Below are positions 49,940 to 60,177 of a DNA stretch of 64,000 nt, piece after piece. A program made the position numbers and the translations under genes. Positions within the stretch are counted from its first letter, which is position 1; the number at the start of each line of letters is the position of its first letter. Source of the DNA: Spirochaetia bacterium (GTDB taxonomy: Bacteria; Spirochaetota; Spirochaetia; SZUA-6; Bin103); contig CBDBDQ010000005.1 in NCBI GenBank assembly GCA_965203905.1, positions 3,104,001 to 3,168,000 on the forward strand, given 5' to 3'. A model generated the notes under the pieces. The model saw only the letters and a program-made list of their open reading frames with translations. It did not search any database and was not told where the DNA came from.

Positions 49940-50770
49940 TCAGCCCTTGATGGAGCCTATCGTGGCTCCCCTGATCAGGTTGCGATGGAACACGAAGTAG
50001 AACAGGACGGTGGGAATGGTCGCCACCACCAGCCCGGCCAGGAGCGGTCCCCAATCGGTGCTGTAGCGGCCGATAAAATTGGTCAGCCCAATGGGCAGCG
50101 TCTTTGCCGCATTCGGTTTCATGACCACCAGCGCGAACAGGAATTCGTCCCAGAAGTAGAGAAAGTTGAAAATCAATACGGTAGAGATACCGCCCAGCGA
50201 CACCGGCATCACAATACGATAGAAGGTGGTCAGGTGGCTGCACCCGTCGATCTTCGCGGCCTCGATGATCTCGTCGGGAAACGCGCGGAAGTAGGTCTGC
50301 AGCAGCAGCGTCGTGAAGGGCGCCCGGAACGCCACGTAGGGCAGGATCAAGCCCAGCGGCTTTGCCAGCAGCCCGAGATCTATGACGAAGAAGTAGAGGG
50401 GGATCAGAAACGAGTGTATGGGAATGCCGATCATTCCGATGAGCGCGATGGTAAGCAGGTTCTTGCCCCAGAAGCGCAGCTTGGCGATGGAGTAGCCCGC
50501 GAGCAGTGAAATGACCGTTACCAGGATCAGAGACGACGAGGTTATCACGATGCTGTTCTTCAGGTAGATCCCGAGCGTGATTCCCTGCTGGCGGAATTTG
50601 CCGAAATCGTAGTTCTCGAAGTACCACTTGGTCGGCAGGCTGAACAGTTTGGTCTGGATCTCCAGCGACGGCTTGAACGAGGAATAGAACAGCCATACCA
50701 GGGGGGAGAGCTGGAACAGTCCCCAGAGGATCAGGACGACATGGAACGCACCAAGGTGTTTCTTGGTCAT
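49940..50770 (-). CDS. Carbohydrate ABC permease (MalG-like)
   Basis: EIIEAAKIDGC, WDEFLFAL and TLPIGL motifs. Confidence 0.9.
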   Translation of the reverse strand: MTKKHLGAFHVVLILWGLFQLSPLVWLFYSSFKPSLEIQTKLFSLPTKWYFENYDFGKFRQQGITLGIYLKNSIVITSSSLILVTVISLLAGYSIAKLRFWGKNLLTIALIGMIGIPIHSFLIPLYFFVIDLGLLAKPLGLILPYVAFRAPFTTLLLQTYFRAFPDEIIEAAKIDGCSHLTTFYRIVMPVSLGGISTVLIFNFLYFWDEFLFALVVMKPNAAKTLPIGLTNFIGRYSTDWGPLLAGLVVATIPTVLFYFVFHRNLIRGATIGSIKG

Positions 50771-51672
50771 GGCTTGTCGCGATATCCGGAGATGCGAGTG
50801 TAGAACACGGACAGGATCAGTGACACGACCAGGATCACGATGGCGATCACGGAGCTGTAGCCGTAGCGGTTCGACCAGATGCCGGTCTGATACAGGTGCG
50901 TGCCCAACACTTCGGTGGCACCGGCGGGTCCCCCTCGCGTCATGATCCAGATGATGTCGAATACCTTGAAGGTGCTGATCAGCAGCAGCAGGGCCACGAT
51001 GGAGAACGCGTTCTTCAGGATCGGTATGGTAATCGAGAAAATGCGGCGGATGACGGTCGCCCCGTCGATTTCCGCGGCCTCGTAGATGTCCTCGTCGATG
51101 GCTTGCATTGCGGCCAGGAAGATCACCATCGGAAACCCGCTGTGCTGCCAGATGACGATGCCGATGATGACGCTCATCGCGAGACTGGGATCGGCCAACC
51201 AGTCCTGTTGCAGCACCTCCAGGCGGACGATTCCGAACAGCGTGTTGAGGACGCCGTAGGGATCCACGATGCGCAGCCAGAGCAGCGCCACCACGGCGGT
51301 GGATACGGTGATCGGCAGGAAGAACACGAAGCGGTACAGGCGCCAGAAGCGTACCCGCAGGTCGATGATGGCGGCCAGCGCGAAGCCCACCGCGAGCAGC
51401 CCGAGAGAGGCGCCGATCGAGTACTTGAACGAGTTGCCCAGGGCGGTCCAGAAGTAGCGGTCTTTGCCGAACATGCGCACGTAGTTGTCTATTCCGACGA
51501 ACTCCCAGGGACCGATTCCGTCCCACTTGTAGAACGACAACAGCAGCGATTGAACGAGCGGATAGGCGATGAACGCGAGGATGAAGAATACCACCGGCAG
51601 CACGAACAGGTAGCCGGTGAGATATTCGGAATGGTCCCGTCTGGTACGCCGTCTGGGCGCAATCGTGGACAT
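50767..51672 (-). CDS. Carbohydrate ABC permease (MalF-like)
   Basis: FVGIDNY, IYEAAEIDGA and MTRGGP motifs. Confidence 0.92.
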   Translation of the reverse strand: MSTIAPRRRTRRDHSEYLTGYLFVLPVVFFILAFIAYPLVQSLLLSFYKWDGIGPWEFVGIDNYVRMFGKDRYFWTALGNSFKYSIGASLGLLAVGFALAAIIDLRVRFWRLYRFVFFLPITVSTAVVALLWLRIVDPYGVLNTLFGIVRLEVLQQDWLADPSLAMSVIIGIVIWQHSGFPMVIFLAAMQAIDEDIYEAAEIDGATVIRRIFSITIPILKNAFSIVALLLLISTFKVFDIIWIMTRGGPAGATEVLGTHLYQTGIWSNRYGYSSVIAIVILVVSLILSVFYTRISGYRDKP

Positions 51673-51688
51673 GCGCTAAACGCGGCAC

Positions 51689-51712
51689 GGAGAGCGCGCC
51701 GGGGCGCTCTCC
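51689..51712 (-). terminator. Intercistronic stem-loop after the binding-protein gene
   Basis: GGAGAGCGC..GCGCTCTCC inverted repeat. Confidence 0.5.
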
Positions 51713-51733
51713 ATGCCTGCCGGAGCCGGCTCT

Positions 51734-53050
51734 TTACTCGAGTACGGCTACTGCGGCTTCGTGGAAGAAGTCGACCACCTCGTCGACGCTCATGCTGCCG
51801 GCGATAAGCGACGCGTTGGCGTGGTTGAAGTCCTTGTTGCGCTGCGGACTGGCCCAGGGGTCGAACAGGTCCGCCGAGCCGTTCTTCTGCACCGCCTCGA
51901 CCACCGATGCCATCATCGGGTTGGCCACCTGCGAGATGTCCTCGGGCGTCACGCACATGCAGGCACTCAAGAGGCTGGCGTCGTAGGAGAGTATCGCGTA
52001 GTCCCGCTCCGTCAGCTTGTCCATGATGTCCAGCACGGCCTCCAGCTTCTGCTCGGTGATCCAGGCCGGAACGGTGAGGCCATTGGCGAATCCGGTGAGC
52101 ATGACGGTGTTACCGTTGTGGGGCGGCATCACGAAGTGGTTGTAGTTCAGGTCCGGAGCCTCGTTGTTGAGGATGCCGATGCCCCAGGTTCCCGTGTTGT
52201 GCATCGCCGCCTCGCCCTTGGTGAACAGCAGGCGCGCCGCGCCTTCATCCATGGATATGGCCCCACGCGGAAACATCTCGAGCTGATTCATGGAGTCGAT
52301 GAATTCGTAGGCCTGGCGCACGCCGGGGTGCTTGAAGATCTCGGCGGTCTCCACCGACTTGTCGGCATCACGTTCCCAGAACAGCAGCTCATTGAATTCT
52401 TCCTTGGTCATGTAACGGGCGAACAGGTTGGTGATGATCTTGTTGAGCCGCGAAGGGTGCTTCGAGCCCATCGCCCACGGGATGTAACCGGCTGCCTTGA
52501 ACTTCTCACCCAGCGTGAGGATGTCGTCGAGTTCCGCCGGCGGCTCCACGCCCACTTCCGCGAAGATGTCCTCGTTGTAGTAGTAGACCGGCGAGACGAT
52601 CCAGTCGGTGCTGAAGAAGGGAAAGCTACCATCGGGCATTCGATACTGCTGTACCGCCGGGTACAGCGCGTCGGACCAGCCGCGCTCCTCGTAGTGGGGT
52701 GCCAAGTCGACCACCAGGCCTTCCTGTCCGTAGCGGTCGGTGCGCATGCCGCCGATGGTCCATATCAGGTCCACATCCTCGGCCTGGCTCGCCAGCGCGG
52801 GGTAGGTGGTCTCGTAGAGGTTGTCGAACTGCTGCACGATCAGATTCAAGGATACGTCGGGGTTCTCCGCCTCGTACTTGTCCTTGATCTTGTGCCACCA
52901 TTCGGACTCGGTGCCGGCCAGAACCCACATGTTGACGGCGACCGGCCCCTGTTCCTGGGCAGCAGTCTCTTCCTGTGCCGCCGCGGTTGCCAGCATCGGC
53001 ACGATGCCGAAGCAGAGCGTGGCCAGAGCCACGCCGAACGTTCTCTTCAT
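51734..53050 (-). CDS. Carbohydrate ABC substrate-binding protein, family 1
   Basis: Signal peptide; YYNEDIFAEVGVEPP and FTKGEAAM..GTW motifs. Confidence 0.9.
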   Translation of the reverse strand: MKRTFGVALATLCFGIVPMLATAAAQEETAAQEQGPVAVNMWVLAGTESEWWHKIKDKYEAENPDVSLNLIVQQFDNLYETTYPALASQAEDVDLIWTIGGMRTDRYGQEGLVVDLAPHYEERGWSDALYPAVQQYRMPDGSFPFFSTDWIVSPVYYYNEDIFAEVGVEPPAELDDILTLGEKFKAAGYIPWAMGSKHPSRLNKIITNLFARYMTKEEFNELLFWERDADKSVETAEIFKHPGVRQAYEFIDSMNQLEMFPRGAISMDEGAARLLFTKGEAAMHNTGTWGIGILNNEAPDLNYNHFVMPPHNGNTVMLTGFANGLTVPAWITEQKLEAVLDIMDKLTERDYAILSYDASLLSACMCVTPEDISQVANPMMASVVEAVQKNGSADLFDPWASPQRNKDFNHANASLIAGSMSVDEVVDFFHEAAVAVLE

Positions 53051-53153
53051 TCGTCCCCTCCTTAGGAGATCGTAGCGAATCAGGTAACCCCTGATTACAG
53101 AACGATTGACGCTACCACGGCGCACACCGGCTCGCAAGTCGGTGTAGCGACCG

Positions 53154-54776
53154 TTACCGGTAGCGGAGAATGAACTCGGCGCTCTCCACGGTCAGCGGAG
53201 CGGCTACCTGGGAGTTGCGGCCCCGGACCGTGATCCGCAGCCGGTTCCAGCCCTGCCGCAGCGTTTCGGGTGACAGCGTGAACTCGTACCAGAAGTCGTT
53301 GTAGAGAATCCTCGAGGTTGCGGAGGCGGTGTCCAGCGGCGTGTCGTTGAGCTGGCAATCCAGGGCGTCGCGCGCCGTCAGGTTGACCACCAGGAGGCGC
53401 AGCGTCGCCTGGACGAAGGAGCCGCGAGCGGCAGCGGAGGGGACGTCGTCCGCGATGTCGATGTCGATGTCGACCGCGTCACCGGCGGCGTGCATCTCTG
53501 TCGGCAGCGGTCCCGCGGGCACCGGCGGTGCGCCCAGCTCCCGCGCCCACTCCAGCCACTCGTGGGGGTTGTCCGCCACGTAGTGCTTGTCGCGCTCGGC
53601 GATGAGCGCGGGATCCGCGATCTCTCCCCAGGGAACCCGCCCGTAGCGGTCGTCCCACCAGTACTCGATGACGTGGTTGTTCCACAGGTACAGGCCGTCC
53701 ACCCCCGCGCGCCAGTAGTTGGCTGCCGCGGCACGGCACATGGCGTCGGGATAGACTCCCGGCTCGTGGTAGAGCACGCGGGCCGAATGCGGTCTGCCGT
53801 ACCAGAACATGCCGAGGTTCTGGGCGATCACCTGCACGTCGCTGCCGCGACACGCCTGGACGTACTCCTCCACCGGCACCCGGTGCATGCTGGTGTGCAC
53901 CACGCCGGCGATGAGAATGTCCACCAGCCCCAGTTCCAGCCAGGTCTTCACGTCGATGCCGAAGGCTCCCGCCAGGGCGAACGTGGGCGGCACCCGAACC
54001 GACAGCAGCAGACGCCTGCCGATCCGTTCACTCTTGCGATCCAGTGCCGCCCTGATCCGGCCCAGGAGGTCGGTCAGCAGTTCGGCTCCCTGAGCCTCCC
54101 TGCCCTCGGCAAACAGGCGTGGAAACCGACAGAAGTCCAGGTCCAGGCCGTCCAGCTCGTAGTTCTCGATCGCCTCGGAGGCCAGTGCCAGCTTGTAGTC
54201 ACGCACCGCGGCGGCGCCGAAGTCGTAGGCGAACCGGGAGATGCCGCCGATCCGGCGCGCGGCCGGCTCGCTGACCGGGCCGAGCAGCCACTCCGGATGT
54301 GCCCGCTTGCGCGGCGAGAACAACGGGTGCTCCGGCCCCGGCAGGCTGCCGTCGTGGATATCGTTCACCCGAAACGAGAGAAACACCTCCAGCCCGGCGC
54401 GGTGGCCGTGCTCGATCACCACCGCCGCGGGATCGGTGCCCTCGGCCAGCAGGCTGCGCGTGTTCTCGTACATGCGCCAGCTCCCGGCCGAGTCGAAGCC
54501 GGCGCCGTCAGCGCCGAATCGAGGACCGATCCTGGTGTCATGGGAGTACACGTCGGACAGCCGGTGCGACGGCGTGGCAAGGCCGGGGTCGGTGCCCAGT
54601 TGCCAGTAGAGGGTGTCAACCTGGGTGCCGACGAGCGGGCCGACGGTGGCGTCGGCAAGTCCCTGCGCTCCGATCGGCGCCTCCCTGGTGAGACCCTGCA
54701 GGGTGCCGCCGTCGTTGCACAGAATGAGGCGGTGGGGGCGCCCGTCGCGGGACGTCGGGCCGTTGTTGCGAGTCAT
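53154..54776 (-). CDS. Glycoside hydrolase-like TIM barrel protein (GHL10/DUF187-like)
   Basis: CNDG, FRVNDIH, YELDGLDLDFCR and GVDGLYLWN; clear paralog of 48209-49924. Confidence 0.7.
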   Translation of the reverse strand: MTRNNGPTSRDGRPHRLILCNDGGTLQGLTREAPIGAQGLADATVGPLVGTQVDTLYWQLGTDPGLATPSHRLSDVYSHDTRIGPRFGADGAGFDSAGSWRMYENTRSLLAEGTDPAAVVIEHGHRAGLEVFLSFRVNDIHDGSLPGPEHPLFSPRKRAHPEWLLGPVSEPAARRIGGISRFAYDFGAAAVRDYKLALASEAIENYELDGLDLDFCRFPRLFAEGREAQGAELLTDLLGRIRAALDRKSERIGRRLLLSVRVPPTFALAGAFGIDVKTWLELGLVDILIAGVVHTSMHRVPVEEYVQACRGSDVQVIAQNLGMFWYGRPHSARVLYHEPGVYPDAMCRAAAANYWRAGVDGLYLWNNHVIEYWWDDRYGRVPWGEIADPALIAERDKHYVADNPHEWLEWARELGAPPVPAGPLPTEMHAAGDAVDIDIDIADDVPSAAARGSFVQATLRLLVVNLTARDALDCQLNDTPLDTASATSRILYNDFWYEFTLSPETLRQGWNRLRITVRGRNSQVAAPLTVESAEFILRYR

Positions 54777-55597
54777 CGGATTGCTCCTGAGCCGAGTCCC
54801 GTCACGAAGTACTTCTGGGCCAGCAGCACGAACATGACCGGCGGAATCAGCATTACGGTGGCGACGGCGGTCATCGACGGCCAGATGATGCCCTGTTGGG
54901 TAATGAAGAAGGTGACGGCAACCGGCAGCGTCTTGGCGCGTTCGAAGGCCAGCACCGACATGATCTCGAAGTCGTTCCAGGCCAGCAGGAAGGTGAGAAA
55001 GGCAACGGTCAGCAGGCCGGGCAGAATCAGGGGGATGACGATGCGCACGATCGTCTGCAGCCGGTTGCAGCCGTCGATCAGGGCCGACTCCTCGACCTCC
55101 ATCGGTACGTCCAGGATGTAGCCGCGGAGCAGCCACACGGCGAGCGGAATGCCGATCGCCGAATACGCCAGCACCAGCGACATGATGGTGTCCAGCAGAC
55201 CCAGCATGTTGACGAACAGGTAGAGCGGCAGGATGGTTGCAATCGGTGGCAGCATACGCGTGGCCAGGATCAGCAGTCCGGCGGCATTGCGACCGCGAAA
55301 TCGCATTCTCGCCAGGCTGTACGCGGCGCACAGCGATGCCGCTACGGTGATTATCGTGGTGATTCCGGCGGCCTTCACGCTGTTCCAGGTGAAGCGTCCG
55401 AGTTCCACGCCGAAGGCCCTGCCAAACAGCAGATCGGAATACGCCGCGAGCGTTGGCTGGAAGATCAGCTTGGGTGGAATGGCGATGGCGTCCAGCTCGG
55501 TCTTGATCGATGTCAGCACCGTCCACAGCGCCGGTACCAGGTTCACGAACGCCACCAGAATGATGACGACGTAGCAGAATGCCGCTGGCAGCTTCAT
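54773..55597 (-). CDS. Carbohydrate ABC permease (MalG-like)
   Basis: EVEESALIDGC, AWNDF and TLPV motifs. Confidence 0.9.
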   Translation of the reverse strand: MKLPAAFCYVVIILVAFVNLVPALWTVLTSIKTELDAIAIPPKLIFQPTLAAYSDLLFGRAFGVELGRFTWNSVKAAGITTIITVAASLCAAYSLARMRFRGRNAAGLLILATRMLPPIATILPLYLFVNMLGLLDTIMSLVLAYSAIGIPLAVWLLRGYILDVPMEVEESALIDGCNRLQTIVRIVIPLILPGLLTVAFLTFLLAWNDFEIMSVLAFERAKTLPVAVTFFITQQGIIWPSMTAVATVMLIPPVMFVLLAQKYFVTGLGSGAIR

Positions 55598-56481
55598 TCC
55601 TTGTGCTCCACGTACAGCGTCTTGACGATGGTCAGCCCGAGCAACAGGGTCAGCAGCAGCAACGAGTAGGAGATCGCGGAGGTAGTGCCGAACTCCCAGG
55701 TCTTGCGGAAGTGCTCGTACAGGTACACGCCCAGGAACTCGCCCGCGTTGCCGGGCCCGGGGCCGCCGTAGATGCTGAACACGACGGCGAACACGCGCAA
55801 CGCAAAGATGCTCAGGAAGAGAATGCCCACGACCGCCGCCGGCCGCAGCCAGGGGAGAATGATGTACCAGAACTGCTGCCGCCGGGTGGCGCCGTCGATT
55901 ACCGCCGCTTCGACATGCTCGGTGGGCAGCGACTGCAGCGCGGCGAGCAGGATCAGCACCATGAACGGGGACTGGCGCCAGGTATGCACCACGGTGATTA
56001 CCGGCAGCGTCAGCGATGGGTTGCTGAGCCACTCCGCCTTGCGAAAGCCGAGCCAGTTCAGGAGGTAGTTGAGGATCCCCCATTGCTCGTGCAGGATGAT
56101 GCGCCACATCAGTCCTACCGCAACCGGCGTCAGCACCAGGGGAAACATCACCGCCACCCGAAAGAAGCGCTGCAGACGGATCCCCGAGTTGAGCACCATC
56201 GAGACCACCAGGCCGATCACCAGCGATGCCGAGATATGTACCGTGGCGAGAATCAGCGTCCTGCGCAGCGCGTGCAGAAAGCGCCTGTTGCTGAATACCT
56301 CGATGAAGTTGTCCAGGCCGACGAAGCTCGGCGGTTGCTGCCGTATCGGGTTCCATTCGAATACGGTCAGGTAGCCGCTCCACAGCCACGGGTAGACCAG
56401 CACCGCGATGAGAATGGCGAACGCCGGCGCCAGCCAGAGATACGGGTAGATGGGACGCGCGGAGAGCGGGGTGGCGGCCAT
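55594..56481 (-). CDS. Carbohydrate ABC permease (MalF-like)
   Basis: FVGLDNF, EAAVIDGA and GGPG motifs. Confidence 0.92.
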   Translation of the reverse strand: MAATPLSARPIYPYLWLAPAFAILIAVLVYPWLWSGYLTVFEWNPIRQQPPSFVGLDNFIEVFSNRRFLHALRRTLILATVHISASLVIGLVVSMVLNSGIRLQRFFRVAVMFPLVLTPVAVGLMWRIILHEQWGILNYLLNWLGFRKAEWLSNPSLTLPVITVVHTWRQSPFMVLILLAALQSLPTEHVEAAVIDGATRRQQFWYIILPWLRPAAVVGILFLSIFALRVFAVVFSIYGGPGPGNAGEFLGVYLYEHFRKTWEFGTTSAISYSLLLLTLLLGLTIVKTLYVEHKE

Positions 56482-56489
56482 TCAGGTGT

Positions 56490-56527
56490 CCACGCAGGCC
56501 ACCCCGGCTGGGCGGTGGCCTGCGTGG
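56490..56527 (-). terminator. Intercistronic stem-loop after the binding-protein gene
   Basis: Perfect 14-bp stem CCACGCAGGCCACC / GGTGGCCTGCGTGG. Confidence 0.65.
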
Positions 56528-56535
56528 CGATTCGG

Positions 56536-57876
56536 TTACTGGCCGATCAGGTCGGCCAGCCGGCTGGCAATGTTTTCCAGTGTGGTCTTGGCATCCTGGC
56601 GACCGAGGAAGTAGGCCTGGACCTCTTCGTGGTTGAGAATGCTCAGTTGCTCGGTGCCCTCGAAAATCGGCGTGGTGGTCATGCCGGGCAATGCCGCCAG
56701 CGCATCCTGCGATGCCTGGCCGCCGGGATTGAACGCGTTGAACTCCTGCGACGCCATCACCGCAAAGTGCGGAGGTCCGTTGAACTTCTCCAGCGCCATA
56801 CGGAGCTGTGCGTCGAAGTTGGTGCTCACGAACTTGATGAGCTCGTAGGCGGCATCCTTCTTCTCGCTGTTCTTGTCGATGCCCAGGGACCAGCCATTGA
56901 TGTTGACCGCGGCGTGAGCCGGACCGAGCTGTTCCTGGGGCAGGGGAGCGTAGCCCCACAGACCGGTGGTGGTCGACACTTCCGGGTCTTCGATGCGGCC
57001 GATGTGACTGTTCTGAAAGGTGAGGATCCCGACCTGGCCCTGCTGCATGAGCTGGAACACGTCGAAGATGTTGGTGCCCAGCGGGTTGGGGACCAGGCTT
57101 TCGTCGATGAAGCTCTTGATCCATTCGAGACGCTCGACGGCGTAGTCGCTGGTCAGGGCGTCGCTGACGGCACTCAGGTCCTCGGTCAGATAGCGGCCTC
57201 CCGGCATCACGAACCAGTCCGACAGCAACTGGGTCGTGTCGCGGTGGCTGGAGGCGCGGAACACCGATCCCCATCTGCTGCGATCGCCCTCCGGACCTTC
57301 GGTGAGTTTTTCGGCAACGCTCTTGAGTTCCGCGTAGGTGGTGGGAATCGACAGCCCCATGTCGGCCATCAGGTCCTTGCGGTAGGCCATGATGATCACG
57401 CCCACGCGATATGGCAGCCCGATGATGTTGCCGTCGTACACGAACACGCTGTCGAGCCCGGTGACGATCTCCTTGACGTCGGCCGGCCCCAAGCGGTCGA
57501 TGTAATCATCCAGCGGTTCGACGAAGGGCCCGTAGATCGCCGGCCACAGGTTGGTAACGGGAACCACGTCGAACACCGCGTCGCCGGACATGAACTGGCG
57601 CAGCCCCTTGTCGTAGATCTCCACGGAGTTGCCCCAGATGCTCGGCACCGCCTTGTACTTGCCCTTGTACTCGGCGTTGAACATCTGAATCGCCAGCACG
57701 AGCGGCTCGCCGCCGCCGCCCGCCGGGGTCAGCACGTTGATGACTACCGGCTCATCGGAGTCCATCTCGGCGGCCTCGTCGGCGGCCTGCTCCTGCGGAG
57801 CGCTCGCAAAGAGAGGGACGCTCAGCACGAACAACGCCCCTGCCACAAGTTGGATCAAGCCAATCGTTCGATTCAT
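56536..57876 (-). CDS. Carbohydrate ABC substrate-binding protein, family 1
   Basis: Signal peptide; YRKDL, PTTYAEL and GWSLGIDKNSEKKDAAYELIKF motifs. Confidence 0.9.
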   Translation of the reverse strand: MNRTIGLIQLVAGALFVLSVPLFASAPQEQAADEAAEMDSDEPVVINVLTPAGGGGEPLVLAIQMFNAEYKGKYKAVPSIWGNSVEIYDKGLRQFMSGDAVFDVVPVTNLWPAIYGPFVEPLDDYIDRLGPADVKEIVTGLDSVFVYDGNIIGLPYRVGVIIMAYRKDLMADMGLSIPTTYAELKSVAEKLTEGPEGDRSRWGSVFRASSHRDTTQLLSDWFVMPGGRYLTEDLSAVSDALTSDYAVERLEWIKSFIDESLVPNPLGTNIFDVFQLMQQGQVGILTFQNSHIGRIEDPEVSTTTGLWGYAPLPQEQLGPAHAAVNINGWSLGIDKNSEKKDAAYELIKFVSTNFDAQLRMALEKFNGPPHFAVMASQEFNAFNPGGQASQDALAALPGMTTTPIFEGTEQLSILNHEEVQAYFLGRQDAKTTLENIASRLADLIGQ

Positions 57877-58010
57877 GATTCAACCTCCTGACGCAGCAAC
57901 ATAGCACCCTGTTGCGGTGGCTGCAAGCAACATCATTGCCGAATTGCCGAACAAATTCGCTGTCGATCACGGTGCGGAAAGCACGAGGGCGGCCGGCCGA
58001 TTGCGTCGGT

Positions 58011-58553
58011 TTATCTCAGGGCCGCCAGGGCGTCCAGGACGCGGCCGGTGTAGCCGGGCTCCAGCTCGATGAGGCAGGTGCCGAACCAGAACACCGGGTG
58101 GTGCGAGGCCACGATGATCTGGTAACCACGCTCGCATACCGCCTCCATGAGACGCTTGATCCGCTGCACCGCGGCGAAGTCCTGCCCCGCCTCCGGCTCG
58201 TCCACCAGCAGGGTCATGCCGCGCGGGCCGGCGGGCAGGGCGGCCAGGGTATGGCGGATCATCTGCCCGTGCGACGAAAAGTTGCCGCGCAGGCGCAGCG
58301 CCATCTCGGCCGGGGTGCGCGCCGGAGCGGACGCCACGCGCGGGTTCATCAGCTCGGTGTCGAACAGCCGGCGTTCGGCGCTGTCCTTGAACTGCAGTTC
58401 GCAGTCGGTGCCCTGCAGCAGGGCCTTGATGATGGTGCTCTTGCCGGACCCGTTGGGACCGGCCAGGGTGTTCAGCCCGGGGGCGAAGTCGAGCCGGCTC
58501 TTGCGCCGCACGCGGCGCTGCCACTTGAACTGCAGGCGCGCGTGCTCGATCAC
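58011..58553 (-). CDS. Small stand-alone ABC/AAA-type ATPase
   Basis: Walker A GPNGSGKST, SHGQ signature, Walker B LLVDEPE and ASHHP H-loop. Confidence 0.75.
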   Translation of the reverse strand: MIEHARLQFKWQRRVRRKSRLDFAPGLNTLAGPNGSGKSTIIKALLQGTDCELQFKDSAERRLFDTELMNPRVASAPARTPAEMALRLRGNFSSHGQMIRHTLAALPAGPRGMTLLVDEPEAGQDFAAVQRIKRLMEAVCERGYQIIVASHHPVFWFGTCLIELEPGYTGRVLDALAALR

Positions 58554-58709
58554 ACCCTGTTCCCGGCGCCCGGGTCCGTCGCGGGCGCTGCCGCGAGCGA
58601 GCGACTCATGGCGCTACCTTTGCGGCTGGGGTTTGCGGCGTCAACTCACCGGCTGGTGGGGATGGGGGCGCGTGGCGGTTGGGCGGCGTGTCGGGCTACT
58701 GTAGGAACC

Positions 58710-59762
58710 ATGAGTGGCAAGTTGGAGCAGTATGTCGCGGCGGCGCAGGCGGGAACGGACCTCACCGTGGACGAGGCGCAGGCGTGTGCCGATGCGGTGT
58801 TTGCGACCGCGGCCGATGAGGTGGATCAGGTCGCGGCGCTGCTGCGGGCGCTGGCCGCGAAGGGGGAGGCGGTCACCGAGGTGGTGGGGTTCGCGCGCGC
58901 CATCCTGGAGCGCGCCACTCCGGCACCGGCTCCGATTCTCGGCACCGGTGTGGACCTGGCCGGCACCGGCGGCAGCGGGCTGGAGCGGTTCAACGTGTCC
59001 ACCGCGGCGTCGTTCGCAGTGGCCGCCGCCGGTACCGGCGTGGTGAAGCACGGCAACCGGGGGTCGCGCCAGCCCAACGGCAGCATGGACTTTCTGGATG
59101 CACTCGGCATCGACTACGGGCTGGCCCCGGAGGCGATGGTCGACTGCTACCAGGCGTCGCGGCTGGCGTTCTTCTTTGCCCGCGCGTGGCACCCGGCCAT
59201 GGCCGCGGTGGCGCCGGCGCGACAGCAGGTGGCACGGCGCACGATCTTCAACCTGGCGGCGCCGCTGTGCAACCCGGCGCAGCCGCCGTACCAGCTCATG
59301 GGGGCCAGCAGCGTGGCCGCCGCGGAGATGCTCATCGAGGTGCTGCGCCAGCTTGGCCGGCGCCGGGCATTGGTTGTGTGCGGCGCGCCCGGCATCGACG
59401 ACCTCTCCATCTCGGGCCCGACCGACGCGTTCGAGCTCGACTCAGGAACGGTGCGGCGCCACACCCTCAGTCCGGATCAGTTCGGTATCGACGCGGTTGC
59501 CTTCGACCGGCTGCCGGCGGGCAGTGGAGCCGACAACGCCATTACCTTCACCGACCTGGTTCGGGACCTCGCCGCCGGTACCGCCGAGTCGCCGTTGGCC
59601 GACCTGATCTGCGTCAATGCGGGCGCGGCGCTCTACTGCGCGGAGGCCGCGGAGAGCATTGCCGCCGGCTGTGCCAGGGCCCGCGAAGCATTCGCCGACG
59701 GCAGCGTCGGCCGCCAGATCGCACGGTATCGCGAACACGCGGGAGCAACGGCGGGCGGCTGA
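58710..59762 (+). CDS. trpD: Anthranilate phosphoribosyltransferase
   Basis: GTGG..FNVST, KHGNR, HPAM and RTIFN..PLCNPA motifs. Confidence 0.92.
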   Translation: MSGKLEQYVAAAQAGTDLTVDEAQACADAVFATAADEVDQVAALLRALAAKGEAVTEVVGFARAILERATPAPAPILGTGVDLAGTGGSGLERFNVSTAASFAVAAAGTGVVKHGNRGSRQPNGSMDFLDALGIDYGLAPEAMVDCYQASRLAFFFARAWHPAMAAVAPARQQVARRTIFNLAAPLCNPAQPPYQLMGASSVAAAEMLIEVLRQLGRRRALVVCGAPGIDDLSISGPTDAFELDSGTVRRHTLSPDQFGIDAVAFDRLPAGSGADNAITFTDLVRDLAAGTAESPLADLICVNAGAALYCAEAAESIAAGCARAREAFADGSVGRQIARYREHAGATAGG

Positions 59763-59826
59763 CGGCCGATCAGCAGCAGCCCGTGGTGGAACCGGGATGG
59801 ATCGCCGTTCGAATGCAGCCGGAGTT

Positions 59827-60177
59827 TCACGACGGGCTGCCAGGCCCCCCGTTCGCCCCCTCCGCGCGGACGATGCGCAACAGGGCGTCGTACTCCTCGT
59901 AGCAGTCGCCGCAACGGCGCAGGTGGGCCATGACCAGGGGGCTGAGCGCATCGGGGTCGTGGCCCGCCGCGGCCAGTTCGACGAGCTGGTCCAACTCCTG
60001 CAGACACTCGTCGCACGACAGCTCCTGATCGTCGGTGCGCGCCACCATGACGGCCAACTGGGACAGAGCACGGCGCATGCCGGCCTGCGGCTGGCCCGGC
60101 GGTGGATGACCGAGCAGACCGCGAGCACCAAGCTGGAGCCGGGTGAACAGCGACAGCTTACCCAATTCCAATCTCAC
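59827..60177 (-). CDS. Zinc-finger (zf-HC2) anti-sigma factor-like protein
   Basis: SCDEC..HLRRCGDC (HxxxCxxC) downstream of the ECF sigma gene; start uncertain. Confidence 0.75.
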   Translation of the reverse strand: MRLELGKLSLFTRLQLGARGLLGHPPPGQPQAGMRRALSQLAVMVARTDDQELSCDECLQELDQLVELAAAGHDPDALSPLVMAHLRRCGDCYEEYDALLRIVRAEGANGGPGSPS

